Shown here: in pieces, positions 9,357 to 18,095 of the stretch | Position numbering within the stretch: position 1 is the first letter of the stretch | How the letters are laid out: every line of letters begins with the position of its first letter | Source of the DNA: Duncaniella sp. | Lineage (GTDB): Bacteria; Bacteroidota; Bacteroidia; Bacteroidales; Muribaculaceae | Assembly: GCA_029052375.1 (NCBI GenBank) | Contig: JAIDJD010000257.1 | Coordinates: 1-41,314 of the forward strand | DNA length: 41,314 nt | Direction: 5' to 3' | Notes under the pieces: generated by a model | The model's database searches: none | What the model was told of the DNA's origin: nothing | The model's input: only the letters and a program-made list of their open reading frames with translations | Program-made: the position numbers and the translations under genes

Positions 9357-10664
9357 ATGCAGACAGACAAGAACACCGCCGTACGGGATCTCATGCAGTT
9401 TCTCGACAGCAGCCCCGTCAACTTCTATGCCGTCCACACCATAGCCGCGCGTCTCGACGCCGAGGGCTTCAAGCGCCTCGACCCCGCAGACAAGTGGACC
9501 CTCGAGCCTGGCGGCCGCTATTACATCACCAAGAACGGCAGCGCCATCTTCGGCTTTGTCGTCGGCGCGGGGCCCGCCTCGGCCGGATATCACATCATAT
9601 CGGCCCACAGCGACTCGCCCACAATGCGCGTCAAGCCCGCCGCCGTCATGGTCTCGGACGGAGGGGTCGTAAAGCTCAACGTCGAGGTCTACGGAGGCCC
9701 CATCCTCTCCACGTGGATGGACCGTCCCCTCTCGCTGGCCGGACGCGTCGCCCTCCGCTCGGACAATCCCCTGCGCCCCCGCCTCGTGTTGGTGAAGTGG
9801 GACCGCCCCCTGCTCACCATCCCCAACCTGGCCATACACTTCAACCGCCAGGTCAACGACGGCGTGCGCCTCTCGCCACAGAAGGATATGCTCCCCGTGC
9901 TCGGCATCGCCGACGACAAGGGCACGGCCACACAGCGCTTCATGGAGATGATAGCCGAGGCCGCCGGAGCCTCTGTAGAGGATATCCTCGACTTTGACCT
10001 CTCGCTCTACGACACCACCCCCGCCTGCCTCACGGGCATGGACAGCGAGTTCGTCACCTCGGGCCGCCTCGACGACCTCTCGATGTGCCACGCCGCCCTC
10101 GACGCCCTGGTCTCCACAGCCTCGGAGAGCGTAGCCGCCACTCGCGTAATGGCCATCTTCGACAACGAGGAGACCGGCTCGGGCACCAAGCAGGGCGCCG
10201 CCTCGCCCGTGCTCCGCTCCCTGCTCGAGCGCGTCACGGCCGCCAAGGGGGGCTCGCACGAAGACTATCTGCGCGCCGTCGAGAACTCGTTCATGGTCTC
10301 GGCCGACAACGCACACGCCTTCCACCCCAACTATGGCGAGAAGTACGACCCCACCAACCACCCCGTCCCCGGCGGAGGCCCCGTCATCAAGATCAACGCC
10401 CGCTGCAAGTATATGACCGACGCCGACTCGGCCGCCGTCTTCAAGGGCATCTGCGAGGCCGCGGGCGTCCCCTGCCAGTACTTTGTCAACCACAGCGACG
10501 TGGCCGGAGGCTCGACCCTCGGCAATATCCTCACCTCCCAGATACCCCTGCGCGGAGTGGACATGGGCGAGGCCATATGGGCCATGCACTCCGTCCGCGA
10601 GACAGCCTCGGCCGCCGACCACTGGCACACAATCCGCGCTTTCAGAAAATTCTTTCAACTTTGA
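9357..10664 (+). CDS. M18 family (aspartyl) aminopeptidase
   Basis: SAHSDSP, VEVYGGPILSTWMDRPLSLAGR, GRLDDL, FDNEETGS, SADNAHAFHPNY, GGSTLG, AMHSVRE. Confidence 0.95.
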   Translation: MQTDKNTAVRDLMQFLDSSPVNFYAVHTIAARLDAEGFKRLDPADKWTLEPGGRYYITKNGSAIFGFVVGAGPASAGYHIISAHSDSPTMRVKPAAVMVSDGGVVKLNVEVYGGPILSTWMDRPLSLAGRVALRSDNPLRPRLVLVKWDRPLLTIPNLAIHFNRQVNDGVRLSPQKDMLPVLGIADDKGTATQRFMEMIAEAAGASVEDILDFDLSLYDTTPACLTGMDSEFVTSGRLDDLSMCHAALDALVSTASESVAATRVMAIFDNEETGSGTKQGAASPVLRSLLERVTAAKGGSHEDYLRAVENSFMVSADNAHAFHPNYGEKYDPTNHPVPGGGPVIKINARCKYMTDADSAAVFKGICEAAGVPCQYFVNHSDVAGGSTLGNILTSQIPLRGVDMGEAIWAMHSVRETASAADHWHTIRAFRKFFQL

Positions 10665-10674
10665 CAGCCCTAAG

Positions 10675-10706
10675 TTTGGCAGTCTCGGCTGAATGACTTA
10701 CTTTTG
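10675..10706 (+). promoter_or_regulatory. Sigma-A promoter of Ig-like protein gene 1
   Basis: TTTG (10675-78), 20-nt spacer, TACTTTTG (10699-706); homologous to 12961-12992. Confidence 0.75.
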
Positions 10707-10803
10707 TAGCACTGTGTCAGGGCATTGCCGTGCCCTGAAACGGTGCTTTTCTTGCAATGCGCAACATAGCCCGTCATTTCAACACCAAAACATAAATATG
10801 CTT

Positions 10804-12165
10804 ATGAAAAAACTTTTACTCTCTATCTTTGCGTGCGTGGCTTCCGTAGCCGCGATGTCTGCCGAGGAGGTCAAATTCGACTTCACCACCAACAGCTATG
10901 GCCAGCTCGTGGCAGGCCCCCAGACTGAGGACAACTATATGGAGGACGGCTCGAGCTTCAGCGAAGGCGTGGTCAACGTCACCGCCAACAAGCTCGGGGG
11001 CTCGGGTGTCCGCTTCTGGAAGACCGACGCCGGCGCGCAGACCTTCCGCTGCAACAACAAGAGCGGCATCACCGTCTCTGTCAACGGCGGCACCATCACC
11101 AAGATAGTCTTCACAGGCTCGAGCTACGACTACTTCAAGGTAGACGGCACCAACATCTCCTCCGGCACATGGGAGGGTTCGGCCTCTTCTGTCTCCTTTG
11201 TCAACCTGGGCAAAGAGACCAAGACCGGCACCATCCAGATGAAGACCATGACCGTCACCTACACAGGCGGCACCGCCGACAACCGTCAGGACGCCGGTCT
11301 CTCATTCTCGTCAGAGAAGGTGTATGCCATCCTCGGCGAGGCCTTCACAGAGCCCACGCTCACCAAGGCCACCACAGCCGCCGTCTCCTACGCCTCTGAC
11401 AACGAGAAGGTAGCCACCGTAGACGCCGCCACCGGCAAGGTGACCCTCGTGGCCGCAGGCTCTGCCCGCATCACAGCCACAGCCCCCGCCAACGACGACT
11501 ACAAGGCTGGCTCGGCATCTTATCTCCTCTTCGTGGCCAAGCCCGACCCCGAGAACACCGTCTACAAGTCTGAGAACGGCGCCGACTTCACCCTCGCCAA
11601 TCCCGAAGACCTCGCCGTATGGTCTGTAGACACCAAGAACGGCTATCTCAAGGGCTCTGCCTACAAGGGAGGTGTCAAGGCCGCCACAGCCTATGCCTAT
11701 GTGGCTGTAGACCTCACCGGCAAGAAGGACGCCGCTCTCATCTTCGACAACGTCTTCAACCAGTACAAGCTCAACGACGTGATGATAGCCCCCGCCGACT
11801 TCCACGGCTATGCCTATATCGTGGCTCGCGAGCAGGGCGCCGCTGAGTGGACCACCGTACAGGAGATGGCCGCTCCCGCCGCCTTCAGCTGGGACTTCTA
11901 CACCGTAGGCCCCGTGGCTCTCTCGGCCTACGACGGCAAGAAGGTCGAGCTCGGCTTCAAGTATGTCTCTACCGCAGAGGTGGCTGGCACATGGGAGGTC
12001 AAGAACATCTTTGTCACCGCCCTCTCCGAGTCTGCCATTGAGGACATCGAGGCCACTGACGCTCCCGTCGAGTATTACAACCTCCAGGGCATCCGCGTGG
12101 ACAATCCCGCCTCGGGCCTCTACATCAAGCGCCAGGGCAACAAGGTCTCCAAGGTAATCCTCTGA
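10804..12165 (+). CDS. Secreted Ig-like (Big_2-type) domain protein with a cleaved-adhesin/DUF5017-like domain and T9SS-type C-terminal domain (paralog 1)
   Basis: Signal peptide MKKLLLSIFACVASVAAMSA; Y.SDNEKVATVDAATGKVTLVAAGSARITAT; LGFKYVSTAEVAGTWEVKNI; C-terminus AIEDIEATDAPVEYYNLQGIRVDNPASGLYIKRQGNKVSKVIL. Confidence 0.85.
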   Translation: MKKLLLSIFACVASVAAMSAEEVKFDFTTNSYGQLVAGPQTEDNYMEDGSSFSEGVVNVTANKLGGSGVRFWKTDAGAQTFRCNNKSGITVSVNGGTITKIVFTGSSYDYFKVDGTNISSGTWEGSASSVSFVNLGKETKTGTIQMKTMTVTYTGGTADNRQDAGLSFSSEKVYAILGEAFTEPTLTKATTAAVSYASDNEKVATVDAATGKVTLVAAGSARITATAPANDDYKAGSASYLLFVAKPDPENTVYKSENGADFTLANPEDLAVWSVDTKNGYLKGSAYKGGVKAATAYAYVAVDLTGKKDAALIFDNVFNQYKLNDVMIAPADFHGYAYIVAREQGAAEWTTVQEMAAPAAFSWDFYTVGPVALSAYDGKKVELGFKYVSTAEVAGTWEVKNIFVTALSESAIEDIEATDAPVEYYNLQGIRVDNPASGLYIKRQGNKVSKVIL

Positions 12166-12216
12166 GAATTGAAAGATTGAGAATGGGAAATTGACCATTG
12201 ACCATTCCACCCCACC

Positions 12217-12256
12217 ACCCCGGCGGACCGACCCCTCGGCCCGCCGGGGTCTTTTT
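12217..12256 (+). terminator. Intrinsic terminator of paralog 1
   Basis: ACCCCGGCGG-ACCGA...TCGGC-CCGCCGGGGT then CTTTTT. Confidence 0.85.
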
Positions 12257-12296
12257 GTCCCTCCCTGAGATGTAGTCACATCCGTCACATCAGAGA

Positions 12297-12419
12297 GTGT
12301 TGCAGAACTCTATTTGAGGCTCAATGTAGGGACATACCTTTGGTATGTATCATTGGTAACCAAGTGCTTAGCCTACATGCCAAAGGCATGTCCCTACAAA
12401 ATCTATGGTTCTGCAACAC
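12297..12419. mobile_element. 123-bp MITE/REPIN-like element
   Basis: 12-bp terminal IR GTGTTGCAGAAC/GTTCTGCAACAC enclosing an inverted pair of GTAG-tagged palindromes (TGTAGGGACATACCTTTGGTATGT / ACATGCCAAAGGCATGTCCCTACA). Confidence 0.6.
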
Positions 12420-12459
12420 CTACTGAGGGGTGGAGTCAGTATCAACAGGGACTAATCTC

Positions 12460-12711
12460 AGGGCCGGAGGCCTGTCTTTATGTGTATCCCCACATGGAGC
12501 GTCGGAGACGCGGAGTGTGGGGTCGCGGAGTGTGGGGTCGCGTCCCCATCCCCACTCAGAGCCTCGGAGAGGTGCGTTTATGGTAACCACAAAGCTATTA
12601 CCATAAAGACACATCTACGATGCTTATATCTTGTTATTGCCCTCCTCACCCCACACTCCGCGTCTCCGACGCTCCATGTGGGGATACACATGAAGACGGG
12701 CCTCCGGCCCT
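12460..12711. repeat. 252-bp element with 64-bp terminal inverted repeats (copy 1)
   Basis: Arms 12460-12523 and 12648-12711 match at 62/64; internal 15-bp tandem CGCGGAGTGTGGGGT x2. Confidence 0.9.
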
Positions 12712-12960
12712 CGGATACTATGTGTTGTAGGCGTGGATGCGCGGGCGCTATGTATAGCGCCCCTACCGAGGGGTGGAGTCAGTATCAACAGGGACTAATC
12801 GCAGGGCCGGAGGCCCTCGGATAGTATGCGTTGTAGGCGTGGGGACGGCGGATATGGACTATGTGGGTGAATAGGGGACTATCTGATGGTGTCGTGTTAG
12901 TGAGGGGTGATAGGTTTGGGTACCCTGTGAGGGCATTTTTTTACTTTAACTGTTAAAAAG

Positions 12961-12992
12961 TTTGGCATTCTCGGGCAAATAGTCTATTTTTG
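12961..12992 (+). promoter_or_regulatory. Sigma-A promoter of Ig-like protein gene 2
   Basis: TTTG, 20-nt spacer, TATTTTTG; flanks (aagtttggca.tctcgg...ttttgtagca) homologous to the promoter at 10675. Confidence 0.75.
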
Positions 12993-13092
12993 TAGCATTA
13001 TATCAGGCTTCTACAGACTGTCACTATACACCAATTCTTACAATCTGTAACCTTATCGCGCAGTTCAACACAAATCAATCAAAAATACGCTT

Positions 13093-14460
13093 ATGAAAAA
13101 ACTTTTACTCACATTCATCGCGCTCTTCGCGTGCGTGTCCTATGTGGCCGCACAGGAGACCGTGACTGAAGTCTTTAACAAGGAAGCCGAGTCGTGGTAT
13201 ACCACATTAAAGGCTGATGCGGATAAGGAAACAACACTAACCTCTCCTTTTACAGACATAACTTACAACAGCAAGCAGGCCTATCTTGAAGTTCAGACAG
13301 GCTATCTTATGCTTGTGAAGAGTGCTGGTATCATCAAGTTCAATCTTGATTTCCCCTGCTCTAATATTACGATTTATAGCAGGTCTGGTGCATCTAAAAA
13401 TCAAGCAGTGACTGTATTGGCTGGTTCTACGACTATTAAGGAGAACACTAAGATTCCCAATGTAGCAGATGGTAATATTTCAATAGAAGTACCCGAAACT
13501 TCTCAGATTGCGGGTACTGAGTTTACTATAAAGGCTTCTGCTGCTTATAATGTGCAGATTACCAAGATTGTCTACACCAAAGCTGAGGTTAATCCTAACC
13601 TTAAGGATGCCGGTCTCGCATTCTCTGCCACCGATGTCGAGGCAAATCTCGGCGAGGCTTTCAACAAGCCCACGCTCACCAAGGCCACCACTGCCGAGGT
13701 CGTTTACTCTTCTTCTGACGAGGCTGTCGCTACAGTAGATGCTACAACAGGTGAAGTTACACTCGTAGCCGCAGGTACTACTACCATCACTGCTTCGGCT
13801 CCCGCCAACGAGGAGTACAAGGCCGGCACCGCTTCTTATACTCTTACAGTAATTAAGCCCGTTGTCGAGACAACAGTTGCTCTCGCTACAGAAATGACAG
13901 ACGGTAAGTTTGTGCTTTATACTCCTCAGGGTGTAGCCAAAAACTATACAGGGTCAAATGCTTTCGGATATCTCTTCCTCGAGGCTGTTACTCCCGAAAA
14001 CAATGAATTCAAGGTCAACGAAGACTATCTGATTGAGTTCACCAATACAGATAAGGGCTATACAATGAAGGATTGCAACGGCAAGTTCTTAGGAATGGAT
14101 GCAACACATTTTGGCTCTTTCAATTTCTATGATTCGGCTGATGCTGATGGCAGCAATTGCTATTGGACTGCTACATTCGATGGTAACAATGATGTAAAAA
14201 TCGAAAATGCAGGTCGTGCAGGCGCATACATATCCTATAAGCAGTACAAAGACGATTGGGAAATAGTGACAACCGATAATGCAGACCAGCCTCTTGTACA
14301 GCTCTATAAGGTAAAGGATGTCAACACTGCAATCGAGGATATCGAGGCCGCTGACGCTCCTGTTGAGTATTACAACCTCCAGGGCATCCGCGTGGCCAAC
14401 CCCACCTCGGGCCTCTACATCAAGCGCCAGGGCAACAAGGTGACCAAGGTAATCCTCTGA
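13093..14460 (+). CDS. Secreted Ig-like (Big_2-type) domain protein with T9SS-type C-terminal domain (paralog 2)
   Basis: Signal peptide MKKLLLTFIALFACVSYVAA; DAGLAFS...PTLTKATTA...VATVDATTGEVTLVAAG; C-terminus AIEDIEAADAPVEYYNLQGIRVANPTSGLYIKRQGNKVTKVIL. Confidence 0.85.
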   Translation: MKKLLLTFIALFACVSYVAAQETVTEVFNKEAESWYTTLKADADKETTLTSPFTDITYNSKQAYLEVQTGYLMLVKSAGIIKFNLDFPCSNITIYSRSGASKNQAVTVLAGSTTIKENTKIPNVADGNISIEVPETSQIAGTEFTIKASAAYNVQITKIVYTKAEVNPNLKDAGLAFSATDVEANLGEAFNKPTLTKATTAEVVYSSSDEAVATVDATTGEVTLVAAGTTTITASAPANEEYKAGTASYTLTVIKPVVETTVALATEMTDGKFVLYTPQGVAKNYTGSNAFGYLFLEAVTPENNEFKVNEDYLIEFTNTDKGYTMKDCNGKFLGMDATHFGSFNFYDSADADGSNCYWTATFDGNNDVKIENAGRAGAYISYKQYKDDWEIVTTDNADQPLVQLYKVKDVNTAIEDIEAADAPVEYYNLQGIRVANPTSGLYIKRQGNKVTKVIL

Positions 14461-14509
14461 GAATTGAAAATTTAGAATGGACAATTGACAATTGACCATC
14501 CCCCCCACC

Positions 14510-14549
14510 ACCCCGGCGGACCGACCCCTCGGCCCGCCGGGGTCTTTTT
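14510..14549 (+). terminator. Intrinsic terminator of paralog 2
   Basis: Identical to 12217-12256. Confidence 0.85.
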
Positions 14550-14649
14550 GTGCCTCCCTTAGATGTAGTCACATCTGTCACATCAGTAGGGGCGCTATGT
14601 ATAGCGCCCCTACCGGGGTGTGGGAGCAGTATCAACAGGGACTGATCTC

Positions 14650-14901
14650 AGGGCCGGAGGCCTGTCTTTATGTGTATCCCCACATGGAGCGTCGGAGACG
14701 CGGAGTGTGGGGTCGCGGAGTGTGGGGTCGCGTCCCCATCCCCACTCAGAGCCTCGGAGAGGTGCGTTTATGGTAACCACAAAGCTATTACCATAAAGAC
14801 ACATCTACGATGCTTATATCTTGTTATTGCCCTCCTCACCCCACACTCCGCGTCTCCGACGCTCCATGTGGGGATACACATGAAGACGGGCCTCCGGCCC
14901 T
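14650..14901. repeat. 252-bp element with 64-bp terminal inverted repeats (copy 2)
   Basis: Appears identical to 12460-12711. Confidence 0.9.
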
Positions 14902-15018
14902 CGGATACTATGTGTTGTAGGCGTGGATGTGCGGGCGCTATGTATAGCGCCCCTACCGAGGGGTGTGGTGTCCGCGCGGACGCCCCCCACTGCGTGTATG
15001 GGCGTATGGTCGCCAGGG

Positions 15019-15218
15019 CAACGGCGGAGCCGTTGAATCTACCAAAGCCCCACGAATATTCGTGGGGTCTGCATCCCATACACATAAGGTCAACCGTGGA
15101 ACGGTTGCATCTATCGCGGTGTCAGATGCAACCGTTCCACGGTTGTTATTTTATGTTATGCCGTAATCCCACGAATAATCGTGGGGCTTTGGTAGATAAT
15201 ACCGTTCCACGGTATTAT
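15019..15218. repeat. Nested inverted-repeat (REPIN-like) cluster
   Basis: 19-bp IR 15037-15055/15179-15197 enclosing a 22-bp IR 15091-15112/15124-15145; flanking hairpins CAACGGC-GGA-GCCGTTG and ATAATACCGT-TCC-ACGGTATTAT. Confidence 0.85.
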
Positions 15219-15474
15219 TGGGATAGGGCTGGTGAGTTTATGTGGGATTGATTATGCGGTGGCTGTGGCAGATGGCAACGCCATATCATCCACCCCGGCC
15301 CCCTTCGGCGCGGGGTTGGGGCTGTTGGGTTGGGGCCATTATGGCAGAACCTTATTGCCCTACACATTGTTATAGGAGAAACAGGCTCAATTTTGCGACA
15401 AATAAAGGATTTCATTATCGGAAAAAATGACTAATTTTGCGCCTGTATCACGTCTCAACATCACATACACTAAT

Positions 15475-16950
15475 ATGAACTCACGCTTGAAAGGGCTAAC
15501 ATTGTCACTCTTAGCGGCTTTGGCCGCTCTCACCGCCTCGGCTGTAGAGCCGGGCGAGGTGCTCACGCTCGAGCAGTGCCGCTCGATGGCTCTTGGCAAC
15601 AACAAGATGCTGCGCCAGGCGGCCGAGGAGATCCGTGCCGCCCACTATCAGAAAGAGGAGGCCTTTGCGGCATATCTCCCCGCCATAGATTTTGCGGGCG
15701 GGTATATGTACAATCAGAAAGACCTCTCGCTCTTTGACAAAGACCAGCTCTTGCCCATCAAGAACTTCAATCTCGAGACCAAGCAGTATGAGTTTGCCGT
15801 GGTCAAGAATCCCCTCAACGGCGAGCCTGTGATGGTCAACGGCAAGCCTATCCCCTCTCAGGTGGCCTACCTGCCCAAGGAGGCCATGACCTTCGACATC
15901 CACAATGTCTTTTTCGGCGCCGTGACGCTGACCCAGCCCGTATTTATGGGCGGCAAGATTGTGGCCATGAACAAGATAACGGGCTTTGCGGAGGAGATGG
16001 CCAAGGCCAAGCACTCCAGCCAGGCGCGCGACGTGGTCTATGCCGTCGACGCCGCCTACTGGCAGATAGTCTCGCTGAGGGCCAAGCAGAAGCTCGCAGT
16101 GAGCTATGTCAACCTGCTCGACACGCTCTCCCACAACGTGGACCTGATGTTGGAGCAGGGTGTGGCCACTCGCCGCGACAAGCTCGCGGTAGACGTCAAG
16201 CTCAATGCCGCCAAGGTAGACCTCACCAAGGTGGACAACGGCCTCGTGCTCTCGCGCATGGCCTTGGCCCAGCTGTGCGGATTCCCGATACATACGCCCT
16301 ACACCATAGCCGACGAGGCCGAGAGCCTTGACTCGCCCCGGCTTTCGGCCGAGGCCGCGTCTGACGCTCCCATAGACCTGCAGGAGGTGTATGCGCGCCG
16401 CGACGACCTGCGCCAGCTCGAGCTCGGGGTCAAGATATTCAAACAGAAAGAAAATGTGGCCCGCGCCTCCATGATGCCTAATCTGGCCTTGGTGGGCACA
16501 TATTCGTTCTCCAATCCCAACGTGTTCAACGGTTTCAAACACCGCTTCAACGGCGCGTTTTCGGTCGGAGCCATGCTGACGGTGCCTATCTGGCACTGGG
16601 GCGGCAACTACAACAAGCTCCGTGCGGCCAAGGCCCAGACCGCGGCGCTCGGGATGCAGCTCGACAATGCCCGCGAGATGATAGACCTGCAGGTGAGCCA
16701 GGCCTCTTTCAAGGCCCGCGAGGCTGTAAAGACGAGCCGTATGACGCGCGCCAATCTTGCGGAGGCCGACGAGAATCTGCGCTGTGCCACTCTCGGCTTC
16801 AAGGATGGCGTGATGACCGTCGACGATGTGATGGGCGCCCAGACCGGGTGGCTCAAGGCCCACAGCGAGGATATCGATGCCCGCATCGACCTCTATCTCT
16901 GTGATGTCTACCTGGCCAAGGTGTTGGGAACGCTTGAAATTGAGAATTGA
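15475..16950 (+). CDS. TolC family outer-membrane efflux protein
   Basis: Signal peptide, LTLEQCRSMALGNN, AVTLTQPVFMGGKI, LTVPIWHWG; -7 element TAATTTTG at 15432-15439 supports the ATG at 15475. Confidence 0.93.
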   Translation: MNSRLKGLTLSLLAALAALTASAVEPGEVLTLEQCRSMALGNNKMLRQAAEEIRAAHYQKEEAFAAYLPAIDFAGGYMYNQKDLSLFDKDQLLPIKNFNLETKQYEFAVVKNPLNGEPVMVNGKPIPSQVAYLPKEAMTFDIHNVFFGAVTLTQPVFMGGKIVAMNKITGFAEEMAKAKHSSQARDVVYAVDAAYWQIVSLRAKQKLAVSYVNLLDTLSHNVDLMLEQGVATRRDKLAVDVKLNAAKVDLTKVDNGLVLSRMALAQLCGFPIHTPYTIADEAESLDSPRLSAEAASDAPIDLQEVYARRDDLRQLELGVKIFKQKENVARASMMPNLALVGTYSFSNPNVFNGFKHRFNGAFSVGAMLTVPIWHWGGNYNKLRAAKAQTAALGMQLDNAREMIDLQVSQASFKAREAVKTSRMTRANLAEADENLRCATLGFKDGVMTVDDVMGAQTGWLKAHSEDIDARIDLYLCDVYLAKVLGTLEIEN

Positions 16951-17075
16951 GAATTTAGAATTATAGGTCTTATTGGACTTATAAGACTAATAAGACATAT
17001 GAAAATCCCCCAGGCCGCCGGGCGGCCTTGCTAAACTTTAAACCTCAGGCCGCAAGGCCCTAAACTTTAAACTCC
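16936..17075 (+). repeat. Composite 7-mer/9-mer/28-mer intergenic repeat element
   Basis: (GAGAATT)n, then 9-mers ATAGGTCTT ATTGGACTT ATAAGACTA ATAAGACAT, then CTAAACTTTAAACCTCAGGCCGCAAGGCC; homologous to 25195-25386 (minus strand). Confidence 0.85.
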
Positions 17076-17081
17076 AATATA

Positions 17082-18095
17082 ATGAGCACTCAGAATCAGC
17101 CCAAGACGGCCGAGCAGAAGGAAAACCGCGCACTCCTCACAGCTATAGGCGTGGTATTGGTCGGGGTCGTAGCCCTCGCCATCATAGGATTTGTTTTCAT
17201 GAGCCATCCCGACGAGGTGGTCGAGGGCCAGGCCGAGGCTGCCACGGTACGCATCTCGGGCAAGCTCCCCGGCCGTGTGGCGGAATTTTATGTCTCCGAG
17301 GGCGACATTGTCCGCAAGGGCGACACCCTTGTGCATATCCACTCATCCCTGGCCGACGCCAAGCTGATGCAGGCCGAGGGTATGGAAGATGTGGCGCGCC
17401 TGCAGGAGAACAAGATTGACGCCGGGACACGCAGCCAGATAATCTCAGCGGCCAAGAGCCTCGCGGCTCAGGCCGAGGCCGCCGTGGGCATCACCCGCAA
17501 GACATACGAACGCATGGAGAACCTCTTCCGCGAGGGTGTGGTCTCGGAGCAGAAGCGAGACGAGGCCAAGGCCGCCTATGACGCCGCCGTGGCCGCCCAC
17601 AAGGCCGCTCTCTCGCAGGTGAGCCTGGCCGAGCAGGGCGCGCAGAAGCAGGACAAGGAGAGCGCCGCGGCGATGGTCAATGTGGCCAAGGGGGGCGTGG
17701 CCGAGGTGCAGAGCGTCCTTGAGGACCAGTATCTCACAGCTCCCTGCGACGGACAGATAGACCAGATATATCCCGAGGAGAGCGAGCTGGTGATGCTCGG
17801 GGCTCCCATCATGAACCTCCTGCGCCTCGACCGCAAGTATGTGGTGTTCAATGTCCGCGAGGAGATGCTCAAGGATATGCCCCTCGGCGCCGAGATAGAG
17901 ATAATGATACCGGCTCTGGACAGGCGCAAGGTCAAGGCCAAGGTCTACTATTCGCGCGACCTCGGCAGCTATGCCACCTGGCAGGCCACCAAGAGCGTGG
18001 GCCAGTGGGACAGCAAGACCTTCGAGGTCAAGGCCCGCACCGTAGACTCTATACCCGAACTCCGCCCCGGAATGACGGTGGTGTATCTTAAGTAA
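17082..18095 (+). CDS. HlyD family efflux periplasmic adaptor
   Basis: N-terminal TM, ISGKLPGRVAEFYVSEGDIVRKGDTL, LTAPCDGQI, LRPGMTV. Confidence 0.94.
   Translation: MSTQNQPKTAEQKENRALLTAIGVVLVGVVALAIIGFVFMSHPDEVVEGQAEAATVRISGKLPGRVAEFYVSEGDIVRKGDTLVHIHSSLADAKLMQAEGMEDVARLQENKIDAGTRSQIISAAKSLAAQAEAAVGITRKTYERMENLFREGVVSEQKRDEAKAAYDAAVAAHKAALSQVSLAEQGAQKQDKESAAAMVNVAKGGVAEVQSVLEDQYLTAPCDGQIDQIYPEESELVMLGAPIMNLLRLDRKYVVFNVREEMLKDMPLGAEIEIMIPALDRRKVKAKVYYSRDLGSYATWQATKSVGQWDSKTFEVKARTVDSIPELRPGMTVVYLK

Larger units (their letters stand above)
12040..12775 (+). repeat. Long direct repeat, copy 1 (CTD coding end + heptamer tract + terminator + palindrome mosaic); copy 2 at about 14335-14965
   Basis: Near-identical sequence at offset 2295 (CTD/terminator) and 2190 (palindrome block); differs at 12294-12419. 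Confidence 0.92.
14335..14965 (+). repeat. Long direct repeat, copy 2
   Basis: Matches 12040-12775 except that GTAGGGGCGCTATGTATAGCGCCCCTAC (14586-14613) stands in place of the 123-bp element. Confidence 0.92.

Noticed and set aside
12040-14965. Diversity-generating retroelement TR/VR pair or composite transposon
   Set aside because: Differences between copies are not adenine-specific, both copies are coding gene ends, and no reverse transcriptase or transposase is present.
12314-15430. Small ORFs in the palindrome regions (12314-12586, 12480-12824, 14492-14776, 14670-15251 etc.)
   Set aside because: They translate inverted repeats (the same peptide appears on both strands) and show no transposase or other protein motifs.
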